NCBI RefSeq assembly: GCF_020745735.1
Contig: NC_083438.1
Coordinates: 32,610,443-32,674,442 of the forward strand
Reading direction: 5' to 3'
DNA: 64,000 bases
Source of the DNA: Hemiscyllium ocellatum
Taxonomy: Eukaryota
In this document: positions 60,891 to 64,000 of the stretch, one piece after another
Layout: every line of letters begins with the position of its first letter
Position numbering within the stretch: position 1 is the stretch's first letter
Program-made: the position numbers and the translations under genes
Notes under the pieces: model-generated
Database searches by the model: none
Told to the model about the DNA's origin: nothing
What the model saw: only the letters and a program-made list of their open reading frames with translations

Positions 60891-63084
60891 TGCCCTGTGC
60901 AGCATCATTCAGTGAGTTTCATTTGGAGGATGGGGGCCTTCACCGGCTGAATACTCTCTTCAAGTTACACTCTAATGACTATGGGGTCAACTCCGGGGGG
61001 GTGGGGGGGGAGGTGGTGTGTGTGTGTGTGCCTGTGTGGTGCATCACTGCTTTCATTGCTTAGAGTAATTTATTCTCTTAACAAGAACAGAGAGCAGCGA
61101 AATTTTCATTTAATACTTCAATAATGGCCTCTGCCCTCGCCACCCTACAAACAAACAATGTCTTCTGCTCAGTTCAACTGCTGCAGGCTGATGAGAATCC
61201 GTGGCCATGTTGAACTGGCCTCAGGAAGTAAGTTAACCATGGAATAATTTGTGGATAATTGCACTGTGTTGGATCCTAGCTCCATGGAAACATTAATGAT
61301 ACAAAGCACATTTGATCACAAGCCCACCAAAAAAATTGTCTGTGTAGGAAATGCAGTGAGTCTGACATGACTCATTAGAGCTAAAAGGAGCTGGAAAATG
61401 GTGGTTTGTATGCTGTTGAGAGAGGGGTGGGGGAGAGGAACGAATGGAACAGATAGTGAGGGTACTCAGAGCTAAAACAAGGAGATAGTAATGGTGGTGA
61501 AGGAGGGGTCATCATTACACTCAGTTCTGGATTAGTGGTGCTGGAAGAGCACAGCAGTTCAGACAGCATCCAAGGAGCAGCGAAATCAACATTTCGGGCA
61601 AAAGCACTTCATCAGGAATAAAGGCAGAGAGCCTGAAGGGTGGAGAGATAAGTTAGAGGAGGGTGGGGGTGAGGAGAAAGTAGCATGGAGTACAATAGGT
61701 GAGTGGGGGAGGGGGATGAAGGTGATAGGTCAGGGAGGAGAGGGTGGAGTGGATAGGTGGAAAAGGAGATAGGCAGCTAGGACAAGTCATGGGGACAGTG
61801 CTGAGCTGGAAGTTTGGAACTAGGGCAAGGTGGGGGGGGAAGGGGAAATGAGGAAACTGTTGAAGTTCACATTGATGCCCTGGGGTTGAAGTGTTGCGAG
61901 GCGGAAGATGAGGCGTTCTTCCTCCAGGCAACTTCCTCCAGGCAGTGAGGAATCCACCATCTGCAATGGCGAGACTTGATCTTGGGTATCCAGAATATTA
62001 TCTGGGTCTTTGGATTAATATTCTAGCATTTATACCACTAGAACATCACCTCCTCTGTTATTGTTGTTACAAACAAAATGGAGGACAGAGGTCATGCTCT
62101 GAAGTTGTTGAACTCTGTGTTGGCCCCCAAAGACTGTAGAGTATCTTCAAAGTTATGATGAGTATGGAATTATCAAAGAGAAAATATTCCTGCTAATTAA
62201 AGTACTGGGAATCAGAGGGCACAGTTTTTAAGTGTTTTGTGAAAGAAGCAAATGTGAGGAAGGGGGAAAAAAACCTCTTTCATCCAGCAAGTGGTTAGGA
62301 TTTGGAATGTACTGCCTGGAAGTGTAGTGGAGGCAGGTTCAATGAAGGCATTCAAGAGGACATTGGGTGATTATTTAAATAGAAACATGCAGGTTATGGG
62401 AAAAAGCTTGGCACTAAGCCTAAATGCTTAGAGAATTGATGCAAACGCAATGGACTGAATGGCTTTCTCTTACACCATTAACATTCTACTATTCTATGAT
62501 TATCCATCTGAATGTCAATATGGATTCTTGGGATGGACACTTGAAGCACAAGAGATGGACTGGAAATGGTAAAACTCCTCAGACGGTGTTGGTGACGAAA
62601 TGTAGCCTTCAACAGTTTGCGAGAATGCTCTAAAGGTGTTCGAGCGAGAGCGAGACTAAACGGACATTGTCTTATTGTATTCCTAGATTTTTGTACCAAC
62701 AAGAACATTTATAAATTATTAAAGTTAGTAAATCACAGTTTGCTAGTCCTGCGGTCTGTTCATACGTACAATAATACAGAAATCACCAAAGGTACAGAAG
62801 ACCAAACACCAACTTTGTGAAACTGTATAACATGGAAGTCAGGGTTAGATGCCTTTGAATACATTCTTATGTAAAACTCTACATGACAGAACCTTCTGTA
62901 TACGACCCCCAGAAGATAATACCCCCAGGTACATCACCTCTTAATTAAAAAAAACTCCCAGAAGGTAATATCTTCCAATATATCAGCCCCACAGTGCATG
63001 ATTGCCAAAACATAACACCACAGTACAAATTTCCCTCAATATTAGGTGCCTCAGAAGATAAATCTCTAGTACATAGGCTTAATG

Positions 63085-64000
63085 TAGGACCCAGAAAAAG
63101 TGAGGACCACAGATGCTGGAGATCAGAGTCGATAGTGGGGTGTTGGGAAAAAAAAAGGTCAGGCAGCATCTGAGGAGCAGGAAGTTCAATGTTTCAGGCA
63201 TAAGCCCTTCATCAGGAATGAGGTTTGTAGGCCGGGGGGTTGAGGGATAAATATGGGGTGGGGGGGAGGAGGGAAGGTAGCTGAGAACACAATAGGTAGA
63301 TGAAGGTGGAGGAGAAGGTGATAAGTCGGAGAGGAAAGTGGAGTGGACAGACGAGAATGACGATGGGCAGGTCAAGAGGGCATTGCAAAGTTGGAGGCTT
63401 GGGACTGGGATAAGGTGGGGGGAGGGGAAATGAGGAAACTAGTGAAATCCACATTAATACCATATGATTGCAGGGTCCCAAGGCAGAAGATGAGGTGTTT
63501 TTCCACCATGAGTTAGGTGGTTAGGATTTGGTGATGGAGGAGGCCCAGGACATGCATGTCCTTGACGGAGTGGGATGGGGAGTTGACATGTTCAGCCACG
63601 GGGCTGAGTGGTTGGTTGGTGGGGGTCTCCCAGAGATGTTCTCTGAAATGATCTTCAAGTTGGCGTCCTGTCTCCCCAATTTAGAGGAGACCACGTCAGG
63701 TGCAACGGATTCAGTAGGTGACATTTGTGGAGGTACAGGTAAATTCTATCGGATGTGGAAAGATCCTTTGGGGTGTTGGATGGAGGTGGGGAGAGGTGTG
63801 GGCATAGGTTTTGCACTTCCTGCGGTGGAAGGGAAAGGTGCCAGGAATGAGTTGAGGGCTGGTGGAGAGTGTGAATCTGACAAGGAAATCACGGAGGGAA
63901 TAGTCTCTCTGGAACGCTTATAGGGGTGGGGGAGGGAAATATATTCCTTGTGGTGGAGTCTGTTTGTAGGTAGTGGAAGTGGTGAAGGATGATGCAATGT
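63085..64000 (-). mobile_element. PLE 3' fragment, paralog of 23040-23960
   Basis: Near-identity with 23035-23950. Confidence 0.8.

Larger units (their letters stand above)
33481..64000 (+). repeat. Segmental duplication, copy B (runs off the window end)
   Basis: Same anchors as copy A; duplicated ORFs in the track (e.g. 5692..5889 and 39017..39214 are identical). Confidence 0.93.

Overview
Vertebrate genomic DNA, most likely from a shark or other elasmobranch (inferred from HE1-type tRNA-derived SINEs, abundant CR1 LINE fragments and Penelope-like elements, PLEs). The window is mostly two collinear copies of one long unit: copy A at ~290-24190 and copy B at ~33481-64000+, with the offset growing from ~33.2 kb to ~40 kb. 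A 128-N gap (26667-26794) lies between them. Each unit holds three parts: (i) a class I-type ERV remnant on the minus strand (gag and leader in both copies; pol, an env relic, PPT and 3' LTR seen only for B); (ii) an orphaned 3' region of an older paralog; (iii) a plus-strand B7-family-like IgV membrane-protein gene. Gene B reads signal - IgV - 13-aa Pro/Thr linker - IgV - TM, with no IgC exon found. Gene A lost the second IgV exon by a ~476-bp deletion and has a stop right after the TM. The unit also carries several fold-back PLE insertions with minimal hammerhead-like motifs, including a ~1.65-kb palindrome with a 1-nt centre. All calls come from manual reading with no database searches. Exon 1 and any cytoplasmic exons are uncertain, and no gene symbol is assigned.
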